Below, in pieces: positions 21,232-32,918 of a DNA stretch of 32,918 nt (within the stretch, counting starts at the first letter, position 1; every line of letters starts with the position of its first letter). Under the pieces are notes generated by a model that worked only from the letters and a program-made list of their open reading frames with translations, ran no database searches and was not told the origin of the DNA. A program made the translations under genes and the position numbers. The DNA is from Atractiella rhizophila. Lineage: Eukaryota. Location of the stretch: the NCBI GenBank assembly GCA_021432655.1, contig MU271392.1, positions 42,247 to 75,164 on the forward strand, written 5' to 3'.

Positions 21232-21999
21232 ATGAAATTCTTCGCCTCATTCTTCACGAGCGTTCTGTTCGTCGTTGCTCAAGCCACTTCAATTGCTACT
21301 CGTGCGCCTGGCCCAAGTGGTGTTTTGGTTACTCCAAATGATGCCACGAGGGTGCGGTGAGTCGTATTTGCATTTTTGCAGGACACTGCCTTCAGTCCTA
21401 ATTGTTATCGCTAAGTGACATCGATGGCGTCAAGGTTGTTTACACCAGAGTCAATGGCGCCCAAGGGTTTTACACTGAATATAGTGCGCCACTTTTTCTT
21501 CATGAACGTCAAAATTTGATTCACGGTTGCTTAGTTGACATTGATTTGGTCGACTACAGCACCGCTGATGGCGGACCAGTGATTACTCACAGGGTTGCCG
21601 AGGGATTGACTTCTCAGAACAAGCAGACCAACATCGAAGCCTGGTTTAACATTCCCCGATTTAACGCTCCTCATCTCTCCGAGTGAGTGCCGCGTTCTTT
21701 ATTTCCGCGTTACCATGCAATTTTGCTAACGATGCACTCTTTCCTTGCAACCCGGACAGGGGAGGCTTCCAAATCGTTATCACGGAGCATCAAATTGGCT
21801 TGAATGGACCCATCCAGTTCCGTGCTGCTGCACCAACGTCTGCATTCCCCTCTTCGAAGATAACCGAGGTGACTGACAGCTTGTTAACAGGTTTCACGTC
21901 ACAGTGGTCCCCCAACCGGTTCGTCAACAGTATAATACTAAGACTGGATTATTGACGGATAGCACAGTGCCCAGGCAAACCTTTGGGCAATTGCGGTAA
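21232..21999 (+). CDS. Small secreted protein (~175 aa, cysteine-free) of unknown function
   Basis: Signal peptide MKFFASFFTSVLFVVAQA. Five exons joined by canonical GT-AG introns give one open frame ending QTFGQLR* at 21999. An AT-rich ATAAAATA element lies near 21151. Confidence 0.8.
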
Positions 22000-22593
22000 T
22001 ACTGCTTGATAAAGCTCAACAAAGGACATTTTTAATACAAAGGACCTCTTCTTATGGACATTTGTAAGAATCTGCATGTTTTCAAATGCTCGTGGACATT
22101 TTAAGTTTGAACGGACACTTCCAGTGCAACAAGAATGTAGTGCGAATGTAGTGCAAATGGATACTGAAGAATAATGAACATCAATAGCATGCCTAATTTG
22201 TGTCATTAAGGCACGCATTAAGCATGAATGCCTTAATAGGATATAAGATCAAACTAGTCAAGGTGTGTCAGCTGTGGTGATGTGGCGACGCTTTGTGCTT
22301 CTTCTCATAATTTATTTTCTGCAGCCTCCACAAGGCTCAGAAGAACCGTAACTTCTCAATCAGAAAGGCAGATAGTGACCAAACTTGCAAACAAAACATG
22401 CGAAGACACACTGAAACAGGTACCTTGTGTCGTGTTGCACTGCCCAAGCTCACGTCCTGTCTACAAAAAGCTACAAAAAAGAAAAGTGGAACAATTTGAA
22501 ACAAACGCAATTGGCTTGATTGGTTCACATTGTACTACAACGGCGATTTACATTTCGGTGCGAACAAAAACACGAACAGCTTCACCAACAACC

Positions 22594-24162
22594 ATGTCGA
22601 GTCGAATAGGTAAGGTTTTCACTTCCCAGAAATCCCTCTGACGCCAGTACAGCGACTCGCGCACTTCCCCGGAAGACATTTACGGTCCGTCGTCAAAAAA
22701 TCGGCAAAAGAAAGGGCTTCTGACGCCTGTTTGCAGCGTTCCTTACACGACCTTCAAATCCCTCCTAGCAGCAACACCGGCAGAAGTCCCATCGTCTCTG
22801 CCGGCCCAGGAGGTCGCTCAAGTGTCACTGGACATGTAGCTACTGTTTTTGGAGCGACAGGTTTTCTAGGTCGTTATCTCGTGTCTAAACTCGGTACGAT
22901 GTTCTCTTGCGCGCAATGGGATGGGATGGTGTTGTGATGCCGTTTCGGGTGCTAGCGAGGAGAGGAACGCAGGTCATCGTCGCTTATAGAGACCCGGATG
23001 ATGCTAGACATCTGAAAGTGACAGGCGATTTGGGAGTTGTGATCCCGATGGTTCACTTTCCTCTGTCACTTTACAGGTCAAGTTTTGACATAGACGGCTA
23101 GGAATTCGATGCTAGAAATGATTACCAGATAGAAGAATGTGTTCGGCACTCCGACGTAGTCTACAATCTGATTGGGCGAGACTATGAGACCAAGTGTGTT
23201 TCTTCCTTCCCAAATGACTGGAGCTGACAGAGAGTTAGAAATTTCGGCTACAACTCAGTCTTCGTGGAAACATCTCGCCGCTTAGCGAGGATTTCAGCAC
23301 TCACTGGCGTCCGGAAGTTCATTCAAGTCTCACACTTGAACGCCGACCCTGACTCCAAGAGTCAGGTCTATCGTGCAAAGTACGAAGGCGAAGCTGCAGT
23401 CATGGAAGCTTTCGAAAATGCCACTGTCAGCCCTTCTCGTACCTGCCACCGTCATTCTCATCTTCTATTGATAGATCGTCCGTCCTGGACCAATGTACGG
23501 CCATGAAGACCGCTTCATCAACTCGATGGTCCGCCAGCCTTGGTCGTGGCGCGTAAACCATGGGCAGACCCTTACCCGCCCTGTCCACGTTCTCGACGTC
23601 GCCCAAGCCTTGTTCACCCTCGAATCGTCTGACTACATTGGTCCCAACTCCCTCTTCACCCTCCCCGGTCCCAAAGCTTATACTCACCGTCAACTGCAAG
23701 ACCTCCTCTCCACCATCATCCTCCCCAAAAAGCCGCTCTCTCAAGGTTTTGCTCCCTCTAAGTCTGCGTTCATTCTCTATGCGAAAGCATGGGAGAAAGG
23801 CGTGTGGTTCCCCACGTGGGCTTCAGACGATGTAAGGAGGAGGTTTATCAACGATAAAGGAACGGAAGTCTCAGAGGGACCGTATGTTGAGGAACCTGGG
23901 CATTTCTGGCAGGTCGGGTTGGAGCCTGTGAAGGAGGGAATGGTTTGGAGGAGCTGGGCAGACTTGAATATCGAGCCTGAGGAGTTCGAGCGGCTGCTGC
24001 ATGTTTATTGCAAGCCTTTCATGGGCGACAATCCTTGGGTTCGTCATATGTCTTACTTAGCCTGATTCAGGATATGAGCTGACACATGTTGTTTTGTAGG
24101 AGGGCCCTGCGGAAGGCCATGGACTGAGACTGAAAAGACCAAAATACACCGTCATCCCTTGA
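22594..24162 (+). CDS. NDUFA9: NADH:ubiquinone oxidoreductase 39/40 kDa subunit (NDUFA9/NUO-40)
   Basis: [62 protein letters not shown] and [14 protein letters not shown]. Multi-exon; stop TGA at 24160-24162. Confidence 0.95.
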
Positions 24163-24257
24163 TTCTTGCGAGTAATTATAATGTTACATTCCTATATCTA
24201 GCGCCTCGTATCATGAACCCAACTGCTGAGCATTCGTTAATATTCTTCCCAATTTCT

Positions 24258-25752
24258 CTATGCACGAATGAATCCCTCCAAAACGCCTCGAACGGAGTCG
24301 CCGATCGACTTCAAATCGTACCCGCTATCCGCTGATTTAGCTCATCTTTCAATCTGACAGAAGGAGGACGTACCCTTCCATCAAGAAGACGGTCTTCTTT
24401 CCCAGCCCTTTGATTTGCTGACCAATTTGAGGATAACAGTCTTGTGAAAGGTATACCACGTCTTGAATGGGATCAGAAGCCGCTGTATCCACTCCCAGAC
24501 TTATGGAAAATGTTAAGTGGAGTGCGTAGGATGAGCAGGATGACTTGCCTAACTATGATGAAGTCAGGAGAGAAAGCGCTAAGCTTTTCCAGACCCCAAG
24601 AAAGGTTATGGAGGTAATCAGCATCAGTCGTTCCTTGTGTTCCGCGTTCAGTTCTAGCCCTGAAAGGTAGAGCACTTACCTTGAGGCAGCGCGATATTGA
24701 TGCGCCGTCCATCTTCAGTCTCGCCTGGCAAGTTGGTGAAGTCTACATTTGGAACGTTGTCAGTCAAGAGATAAGGGAGAAATATAAAATGCTAACATGG
24801 ATAGTCGCCTTCCCCATTCAAGCTGAGGTAGAAAACGTCCTCTTCGCCTTCCAACACCTACACAGAGGCTCACGGAACAGCCTATCAAAGAACACCAGTA
24901 CGCACACTCATTGTCCCATTCCCGCCGTGATAATCAATATCTACAATCCCTACTTTGCAATCCGGCGAGGCTTTCCGTAGCGCATAATAAGCAAGACAGG
25001 CGTTGTTGATAAAGCAGTAACCGCCCATAAGCTGAGTTGCAGCATGATGTCCAGGTGGACGGCTGCAGCACGATGGTATTAACTGTTGTATAACCGTATA
25101 TCACGAACCACGCACATCAGAGCAAATGCTGATCCTGGACTATCGGGCGACAGCAAAGAGAGTGCCGCTTGGTGAGCGCAGACTGCCGACGCAAAAGCAG
25201 ATTTCCATGTGTCTGCGATGCAGAATGTTAGCAAAGCCGATGTAGACATGATCAACGGACCTTCAGTAAGGGGAGCACTAAGATCGAAAGAAAACAATCC
25301 AGCTTTGGCAATAGGGGAAAGCATATGTAGTCGAAAGCGTCCTCCGTGTTCCGTCATCAGCTTCTGATGAAGGAAAGTCTCAGGGAAGAACGAATCCTTT
25401 AAAGAAAAGTCAGTCATCGGGATCTCCTTAGAGATGTGAGAATGCTTGGAACGAACTGAACTCCATCCGCAACTAAGCCTTTATCTTTCGCCTCCCCCCA
25501 CCCATTCTCCAACCAAGCGAGATACTGTTCAGAATGCACATTTCCCAACAGCTCTACCACATCTGATCTCCTCTCCTCGACTTCCTGATCTGACAGTTTG
25601 TGAAATGTGAAAGAGACGGTGGACCGTAATGTGAGAGCGTCAAGGATGGCTTTGATCCGATCAGGCGATTCCATGTATGGATGAAGTCGTGAAGAGAGGA
25701 ACTCGCACGGCGGATTGTGCAACAGACAAAGCGGCGAGTAGAAAACGAGCAT
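24258..25752 (-). CDS. Arginase/deacetylase-fold enzyme, acetylpolyamine amidohydrolase (APAH)-like HDAC family
   Basis: ESPDRIKAI, RPPGHHAATQLMGGYCFINNA, ILDIDYHGGNGT, VSLGVDT..SDP and MEGGYD. The Zn-binding and catalytic residues appear intact. Includes a GC-AG intron at 24548-24500. Confidence 0.88.
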
Positions 25753-26046
25753 TGTGCCTGCAGATATACTCTTGATGGACTCAAGTCAGCCTCGAATATT
25801 TGAATCTGGGTATCGTAATCGCTCCTGAGCAATCCTGCAGAGTCCTCGCTAATGCCAGCCAATGCCAGCTAATGCAACTTTTGATCTTGAGGCATGATCT
25901 CCTCAGCACGTGCAAAAGGGTACTCCTGAAACTACACGTAAACTACGGAATAAGGTTGAAGACTTTAGGCTTCCTGTTTTTTTGACCAGGTGAGTCGAGC
26001 TTGGAGATATTGAAGGAAGATACGAATCCTTTCAGATCTTGTCATA

Positions 26047-26601
26047 ATGGTTAACATTCCGAAGACCCGTCGGTATGTCTTCTTCCCTGAGACTCAGACT
26101 CGAGCCGATGCTGATGATGTTTGCGCAGAACATTCTGGTTAGCACGAGCCCTTACACCTTAATGCAACAATCTAACAGAAACTGTTGTAAAGTAAAGGGA
26201 AGCAGTGCCGCAAGCACACCCCTCACAAAGTAACACAATACAAGACGGGAAAGGCGTCGCTTGCCGCTCAGGGAAAGAGGCGTTATGACCGTAAACAATC
26301 CGGTTATGGTGGACAGGTGCGTTCACCCTTAGCAACGGAGGCATGGGTTGAATGAGATGGATGTGCTTGTGCTGGATGTATAGACAAAACCCGTTTTCCA
26401 CAAGAAAGCAAAGACAACGAAGAAGGTCGTACTACGGCTGGAGTGCACGGCATGCAAGTACAAGATGCAACTTGCCCTGAAGAGGTGTAAACAGTTCGTC
26501 CCCTTCAGTCCTTACGGCAGGATGGAGTTAATGATTTTTCGTGCAACAGTTTCGAACTCGGTGGAGACAAGAAGACGAAGGGTGCCGCTCTTGTTTTCTA
26601 A
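26047..26601 (+). CDS. RPL42: 60S ribosomal protein eL42 (L44/L36a)
   Basis: [74 protein letters not shown]...[21 protein letters not shown]. Five exons including a 9-nt exon at 26129-26137. Confidence 0.97.
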
Positions 26602-27204
26602 ACACGTCCCTTCCCTTTCTGCCGTCACCTCCTCACTCCCCCTGCCTCCCTGCATCATTTGCATATGCGTCTTCGGTGTATCTCAAGCTTTATGATTTCA
26701 TGCCATATCATTTAAATCAAAGTGGAAACGGGTCTGCAGGCTGCAAATGGTGTGAGTGAACAATAAAAATAGTGACGGCGACGGGAATGGTCTTCAAGGA
26801 TAGATGTTGCTGGAATCCAGGCACTTCGCTGGCTTGCCCCCAATCCTAACTCTATAAGATAACATGTCGATTATCCCCTTTTTGACCAAGTTTTGGTTTG
26901 GTTTGGTACGTTCATGGAGTCGAGGTCATGAGCCGCTCGGCTTCAAATGATCTTTTGTTTTGGGTTTGAGCCTATAGACAAGAATCATGTTTGCTTAGGC
27001 GGCAAAACAGGGAGAAGCGCTGAACGACTGCAACAACTTGCGTTGGGAGTGACTGGCAATCAATCAGCCACCTCCGCACGATCATATTTGATTTCTGTTT
27101 AAGCATCTGTCCCCATCAGTGTGCTCGAAGTTGTCGTGGCAACATTGGAAGAATCCTCCATTATCATGACTTTATGTAGGTGATGATGGTAGTACATTGT
27201 ACTT

Positions 27205-30200
27205 TCATGGAATTTTTATTCCAACTGGATTCTCCGTATCTAAATCTTCCGTTTCCCCTTCCTTTCTTTTTGCTTCGAGCTCTTTCATACTCTGCTCAAG
27301 CGCTTTAATCACCTCTTCATCCTCGTTGAGGTCCCTCATAACGATTTCTTGCACGGCAGGCCGATCAGCAATTGCTATGCCCAAGAGAAGTCCAGCGTAA
27401 GTGGCCGCAAAAGATGCATCTTCCTAAAAGAAAGTCAGCAGGAGATCCCTGGATATAAAGGACTCCATACGTTCTCTGCGCTCTGACGAACTTGTTCTAG
27501 ATATAAAGAAGTGAGGACATGGATATTTGGACGACGATTCTTGCATCGGCAGTCTGGAATACAGGCAGGGTCCTTGCACGGGGGATCGAGATCTGGTTTG
27601 CATTATAAATTAAGCTCAATAGCTAAGTAGAGAGTAGTTGCTCACGTAAATTCAGAAGCATCTCTCTGCAGTTGGAGTCTGCTTCCACTAAGTTTGATAG
27701 AAGACAGAGGCAAAGGCACATGAGATCAAACTTTGCGATGTCGGCTTTAGATTTGGGCATCGGTTTGATGTCTTCATCCTTTTCCTGACACGAGGCAAGG
27801 TATCGGATTAGGATGGGAATGACATTTGGACAAGCGCCAAGTGCTGACGACCATGCAGGATTGGACGTGGTAGTGCCGATGAAAACTTTGAGGCTACTGA
27901 AGATGCAACTGAGAGCTGCACACTTAGGTAAGGAAAGAAGCAAGGTGATTTGTCAAAAACGTACCGGAAGCTGCTATACGGTGGTCTTCATTGGACGCGA
28001 GGAAATAGGCTGATACTAGGAAGGCTTCTGCAGCTTTCGGGAGACGGGAAATCTGCTCATTTGCAACGTCCAAGGCCTCATCGCACGAGGTCATGCAACG
28101 TTCCGTGATTTGAAGTGCAAAGTCGATGCCGTCAAGCAGTGACCGCCGAGACCTTAAGATAATACTCTATACATCTTCATTAAACCTCGGGTGCAGAATC
28201 AACGCTAGAGCCTCACATTCGCAACTGCAACAAAATCATTTGTCAGGCCCGTGAGAATATGTCGCAAGCATCCTGTATTGGTGATGAAGGAGGCTACATC
28301 GAATCTGTCGCTGCTCGCGGTCACCAAAGGTGCCAAGGTAGAAAGACAAAGAAAGCGAAGCGATAGCTGGTCAGTTGATGAATATTAGTCATACGATAGA
28401 GCCCGTAAGGATGAAGACCGACCACATCAACATGGAGGTAAAGTAGGGGAGACTGTGTAATCAACTCTTTGAGAGATGTTTGCTGATACACCATACCACG
28501 ATATTAGGCAAAGTTGGATTGAGAGCCAAGCACGCACAAATTTCTTCTCTGTCTTCCCTAATACCTTCGACGACCCTATTCCGCCTCCCAGCTCATCTCC
28601 CGCCCAACCTCTGTTTAGCATACTCGTAAGCGCAACCAAAACATCAGGAGGATTTGTTGACGTTGACGACGATGCACCAGCATCATCCGAAGGGTCCATC
28701 CGAAGCAGAATGTCGATGGATCGTGATTGGGAAGCTATGAGGCAGAGCAGAAACGCGAAAGCGGGATCCAGCACCTGTTTCTTGTTAGCCTTGATTTACG
28801 GCCAGGAGAGAATGGTACGCACTCTGTCACCATCACCACCACCTGCTGTTCTGAAAGCCTTGTACACGCGGTCGAAGCCCCCAGTGGCTTTGAGTTTCCT
28901 CAAAAACTCCGCCTCGCCCATCTTCCTCAAGATCTCAATTGCACTCGTCCTCTTGATCCCAATCGGCTCTTCTTTCTTGAAACCCTCCAACAGATAATTC
29001 AAGTCGTCCTCGAACCTTTTGCTCTCTCCTACGCTCCTCAGCTCAGCAATTGATCTCACATTATAGTAGTCGTCCGTAATCCCATCGTCGTCGTCCAAAT
29101 CAATCCCCCACCGTTTTCGCATCTCGGTATATGTCTCCCGTACTTTCAACTTGGATGTCATCTCTTTTAGAGCAGAGCGAGGAGAGGTATCATCGCTCTT
29201 TACTGGTGTCCTCTTCTCGGATGGCTCGTGGTGTACATCCTCCAAGCTATCTAGTAATGTATCACCAGGGGCCGACGGATCTATGCGGAAGCTTCGGTTC
29301 TTGCCATATGTCTTCTTCAGTGGTGTTGGTGCAGGTCTCGATTCTGGAATTGGGACAGCAGGAAGCACGCGGGAAGGTGTACGCGACAACTTGTTTGGAG
29401 AGGATGTTGCAGACGGTGCAGATACCTCTCGTCTGAGGGTAGGAGGGATGTCAAGGCGAGGGGATGGGCTAATGTTGGTTGGTAGCGACGCCGTGTGACC
29501 TAGCAAGCCATTGGATGCGGGTGAGACAGGCTCTTTGCCAGGCGAAGCAGGGTTGGAGAAAAGGAGCGTGTTAGACTTCTTCAGCTTCATTCTCTCAACT
29601 ACCTTGGCTTTCCCTTCTTCCTTCTCTCCTTGTGCAGATGGCTCTCCCAAGTCCATCAAGTCCTGAAAGACGGCACTAAGGTTCCTTGCTGGCGAAAGTG
29701 GCGGTCTACCATTCTGGAGGCCAACCAGCAATGGAGGTGTAGATGGCCGAGGAGGAAGAGATGCAGGAGTGTCTTCATCAAGTGACGTCTGCTGCTCATC
29801 ATCATCATCTTGAGCGATCTGTCGCTTCCTGCGTGATTGCTTTGCCCTCTCTGCGGACCGTTTTGGATTGTGCACGACATGGGATGAACGACGTCCCACG
29901 GTCTCAGAATCACTGTGCTCGTTGGATTGAGGCAGTGATTTTTTCTCGCTTTGGGTTGGAAACAAGGTGGTAGAAGCAGTTCGATGAGCGTGTACCGAGC
30001 GGGTTGGGCCTGGGGCTCTAGAAGGCGGGCCGTGATCGACTGGAACCTCTCTCCTCTTCCCTTTCGTCGGATTATTTCTCGTTGAGGAAAACACCCGAAG
30101 TGCCGACTCCTCTAGAACAGGATGTTCCCTTCTGTTTTCTGTTTCCTTCCCCTTCCCCTTCATCGGTGACTTGGACTTCCTCCTCATAACAACAACGATC

Positions 30201-31485
30201 TCTTCCTCCGTCTCAATTTCGCTCTTAGCTACATTGAGATTAGATATCGATTTGTTCCTCGATGTCGAAGGTGGAGCTGATTTCTTCTGTGAGAAAGGAG
30301 GATGAGATCCAGCAGGAGGAATCGATGTCGTCTCCCGCGCCATGTTGTGCCTCAGTGTCATGTCTTCCTCCTCATCTTGCATAATCTGGCGCTTCCTCTT
30401 CGTTCTCCCTGTGCTCCTACGACTGAGTGCTTCCTCAGCTTCCTCTGTCGCCCCTTCACCTTCTGCCCCATCTCTCAGCTGCTGTTGCTTGTCCTGCTTA
30501 CTCAGGGTTTGAATAACCCCGTCCTCCGGGAGCTTCTGAGTGTTTCGCTCCTCATCTTCATCTTGCACTATCTGACGCTTCCTCTTCCTCCCCGTGCTCG
30601 CACGGCTTAGTGCCTCCTCCGCCTCATTTTCAACGACTTCTGGTAGTGGCTTCTGAACGTGACCTTCCTGCTCCTCTGCCCTTTTTCGCTTCCTCTTCTC
30701 TCTATCCGGGCTCACGTCTACAGTCGAAGCCACAACTTCTTCCTCTAATTCCGGAAGCGTGGAGTCTAAGCCGTTTCGGCTGCTGCCTGGTACTTGAAAG
30801 ACTTCGTGGAGACTGCGACGACGGAAGGGTGTTGGTGTCGACACTGAAGAAGATGGTGAAAGTTAGATTCAACAGAATGCAAGGAGGAACAATGATCAAG
30901 TCAGGATAATATTAAAGGTAATGCTCCTAAGGCGGCCGCGTGTACTCGTCAAGGAAACAAGGGAAGTCAAGCGAGCTTTAGTTGAAGGTACAATATTCTA
31001 CCGTGGGGAGTTCATGATAAGTGTAAGGACAATGCACAGATTTAGATCCTCGTTGCGCCTGGCTGTTGTATTACGATTGACAATCAAGGAGCAATTGCCG
31101 CTTGCTGTCCATAACAGTTGTTTATAAATACATTTCGTCATTGCATGCAATTTTCGCACGTTACATTGCATGTCAAACGTTAGACAAACTCTCCAAAAGA
31201 CCAAAGAAGGCAGGGAACTATCTGCCATAACTTTCCACATCGAAGCAACGCAGATAACGCACCATTGCTGCTGTTTTTCGTGGTTCCACTCTTCTTCGCA
31301 TTTGGCTTCTCTCCAGATTTTTCTTTCTCAACATGCTCCTCCTCATTCCTCTTCCTCTTTGCACTTGCGGGGCTTCTATCCCCTGAAGGCGCCGGGATCT
31401 CTACTACTGGTCGCTTCTCTCGCTTTCGTGATTTGTAGGTTGACGTGATATTCTGGCGGGGGCGCGTAGTAAAGTCTGAGTCCAT
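27205..31485 (-). CDS. WAPL: Cohesin release factor WAPL/Wpl1/Rad61-like
   Basis: Long disordered basic/acidic N-terminus with KKTYGKNRSF, then VRSIAELRSVGESKRFEDDLNYLLEG...RTSAIEILRKM, typical of the start of the WAPL domain, and a helical C-terminus (LCLLSNLVEADS). Multi-exon; stop TGA at 27207-27205. The start at 31485 is inferred. Confidence 0.82.
30365..30625 (-). repeat. Internal ~26-aa duplication in the WAPL N-terminus
   Basis: EAEEALSRASTGRKRKRQIVQDEDEE (~30625-30548) and EAEEALSRRSTGRTKRKRQIMQDEEED (~30442-30365), plus a partial third copy RRKRQIAQDDDDE near 29833-29794. Confidence 0.8.
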
Positions 31486-31867
31486 GTCGCGTTCCACTGC
31501 TCTATATTAAAGAGGGAGTTGTTCACAGAGAGAAAAGTGGTCGCTAAGTAGTTTACGTCTACGCAAGTTGAAGTTGGCAATTGGCGCGTAGGCTGCTCCG
31601 TGCGGGAGAAGTAAGTACACAGTGCAAACACAAGCAACTCTGTCGAGGGAAGAGCAGAAAACCAGAAAACCAGCCATATTCGCCCTTAACAACTTAGAAG
31701 ATGCAGCAGTACGAGGAAGACGAACTATTGCGGCCTTATTATTTTGGACACGTAGTAGAGGAGCGAGGGGAGAGCCCACCACCAGAGGACGAAGTTGTCG
31801 AAGCCCCAGCAAAAGGAGGCGACAAGGTGTGTTTTTCTCCCTCCAGAACGCGTTTCCTGATAGTTCA

Positions 31868-32918
31868 ATGGAACAGTTAGCGCAAGCAACATCAGTTGTC
31901 CCCCTTAAGCGAAAGTTAGAAGGGGATTCCGCCTCCCCTTCGCCCTATGCAACTCCTCCTCCAGGCACATCCCATTCTCCCGGCATCAAGGATGCAGTGG
32001 CAGCAGTAACTCTTCAGAAGCCAGTGGACGTGATTCCGGACTGGGAAATGCATTCTAATCCCTCTTTTGCTGCTCATGGATTCTACCTCACTCGAAGCTA
32101 TCCTACCAACGTCAAATCCTTCCGATATATTCCTTGCACTCCATCTTCCAAGAGTCTTCCCTCCTCATCCAACAACCCCAATTCCGCGACATTGCTGGAT
32201 CCACGATACACGATATATCGAAGCATGCAATCCTCTCCAGCCGACGTGGTGCGATTCAGTTGGGAGGACAGGTCGACTTATGTGATGCTGAACAAGACAG
32301 GGACGGAGGCGACGACGGATAAAGGCTTCAGGAGCGTTAGAGCAAATGTGCCGGTCAGGGAAGGGAGCTGGTATTGGGAATTTAAGGTGACCAGAGGGAA
32401 CGGGGACAAAGAGCTGCTCGGAGCGGCCGCACCGAGAGACGGAGCCCACGTGAGGCTTGGGATTGGAAGGAGGGAGAGCTCGCTTAACCATCCCATAGGA
32501 GTTGATGCGTTTGTACCCTCCTTTGTTGATCTGCTTCCTTGCTTATCAGAAGTGTTGGCGCCTATGTCTACAGATATTCGTATGGCATCCGTGACAAGTC
32601 AGGCGAGCGCATCCACCTGTCCACTCCCCAAGCGTATGGCAGTCCTTTCACCACAGGAGACGTAATTGGTGTCTTCCTGCACCTACCAACCATGAGGGAA
32701 CCGAATCCTTCAGATCCAAGAGACACAGCACACGTCGTGCGTCGCCGCGTTCCCGTCCGGTTTAAGGCTCGATTATACTACGAGTGTCTAGAATATGAAC
32801 AAGAGAAGGAGTACCTTGAACTCGACCCAATGGTAGCCAAATTGCGTGAAAAAGCGAAACCGACGGTAACTGCCAAGTCGACTGCACCAGGCGGCAAGCC
32901 ACCGAGGCGTACGAAGAC
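31868..32918 (+). CDS. ASH2: COMPASS subunit Ash2/Bre2 (SPRY domain), 3' truncated by the window
   Basis: FRYIPC, VRFSWEDRS, TTDKGFRSVRANVPVREGSWYWEF, AHVRLGIGRRESSLNHPIGVDA|YSYGIRDKSGE and FTTGDVIGVFLHLP. One intron ending at the TACAG acceptor near 32573. Confidence 0.9.

Noticed and set aside
22205..22237. Inverted repeat ATTAAGGCA...TGCCTTAAT
   Set aside because: 9-bp arms with no target-site duplication or second copy; not supportable as a MITE or terminator.
26760..27200. Possible ncRNA between eL42 and WAPL (GTGATGA at ~27180 resembles box C)
   Set aside because: No appropriately placed box D or terminal stem was found, and the motif lies in the WAPL 3' flank.
28476..30909. Multiple plus-strand ORFs antisense to WAPL, and similar antisense ORFs over other genes
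   Set aside because: Shadow ORFs expected from codon bias opposite real coding sequence; no independent motifs.
31622..31867. GTG-started 82-aa extension of the ASH2 ORF
   Set aside because: Lies in the shared promoter region and lacks protein-like conservation cues; ATG 31868 is the simpler start.
1..32918. CRISPR arrays, prokaryotic operons or defence systems, tRNA/rRNA genes, transposases, biosynthetic gene cluster
   Set aside because: The window is spliceosomal-intron-rich eukaryotic DNA of functionally unrelated genes, and none of these signatures was seen.

Overview
Gene-dense eukaryotic DNA, almost certainly a compact fungal genome. A basidiomycete origin is inferred from the 43-70 nt introns with GTRNGT/CTRAY/YAG signals, several microexons and the gene content. 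I can reconstruct about 18 spliced protein-coding genes: a partial CAP64/CAS3-like type II membrane protein, an Hrk1/HAL-family kinase, an OGFr-domain protein, a mucin-like single-pass membrane protein, a bZIP factor, a coiled-coil + YbjQ/UPF0145 protein, LSM7, a divergent-loop cyclophilin, an intronless F-box-like protein, TOM22, an ABHD11-like hydrolase, a TigA/PDIA6-like PDI, a small secreted protein, NDUFA9, an APAH/HDAC-fold deacetylase, ribosomal protein eL42, WAPL and a partial ASH2/Bre2. I found no rRNA, tRNA, CRISPR array or intact transposon, and no clear multi-gene novel system. The most notable details are: (i) the kinase changes frame exactly at a 10-bp tandem duplication, with an in-frame Ty1-type CTTAGGC heptamer nearby; (ii) the OGFr gene apparently uses GC donors in 3 of 5 introns plus a 6-nt microexon; (iii) the cyclophilin lacks the catalytic Arg and His; (iv) a UPRE-like motif sits in a 68-bp bidirectional promoter; (v) WAPL has an anomalously long 419-nt intron. 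All gene models and family assignments were made by eye, without database searches.
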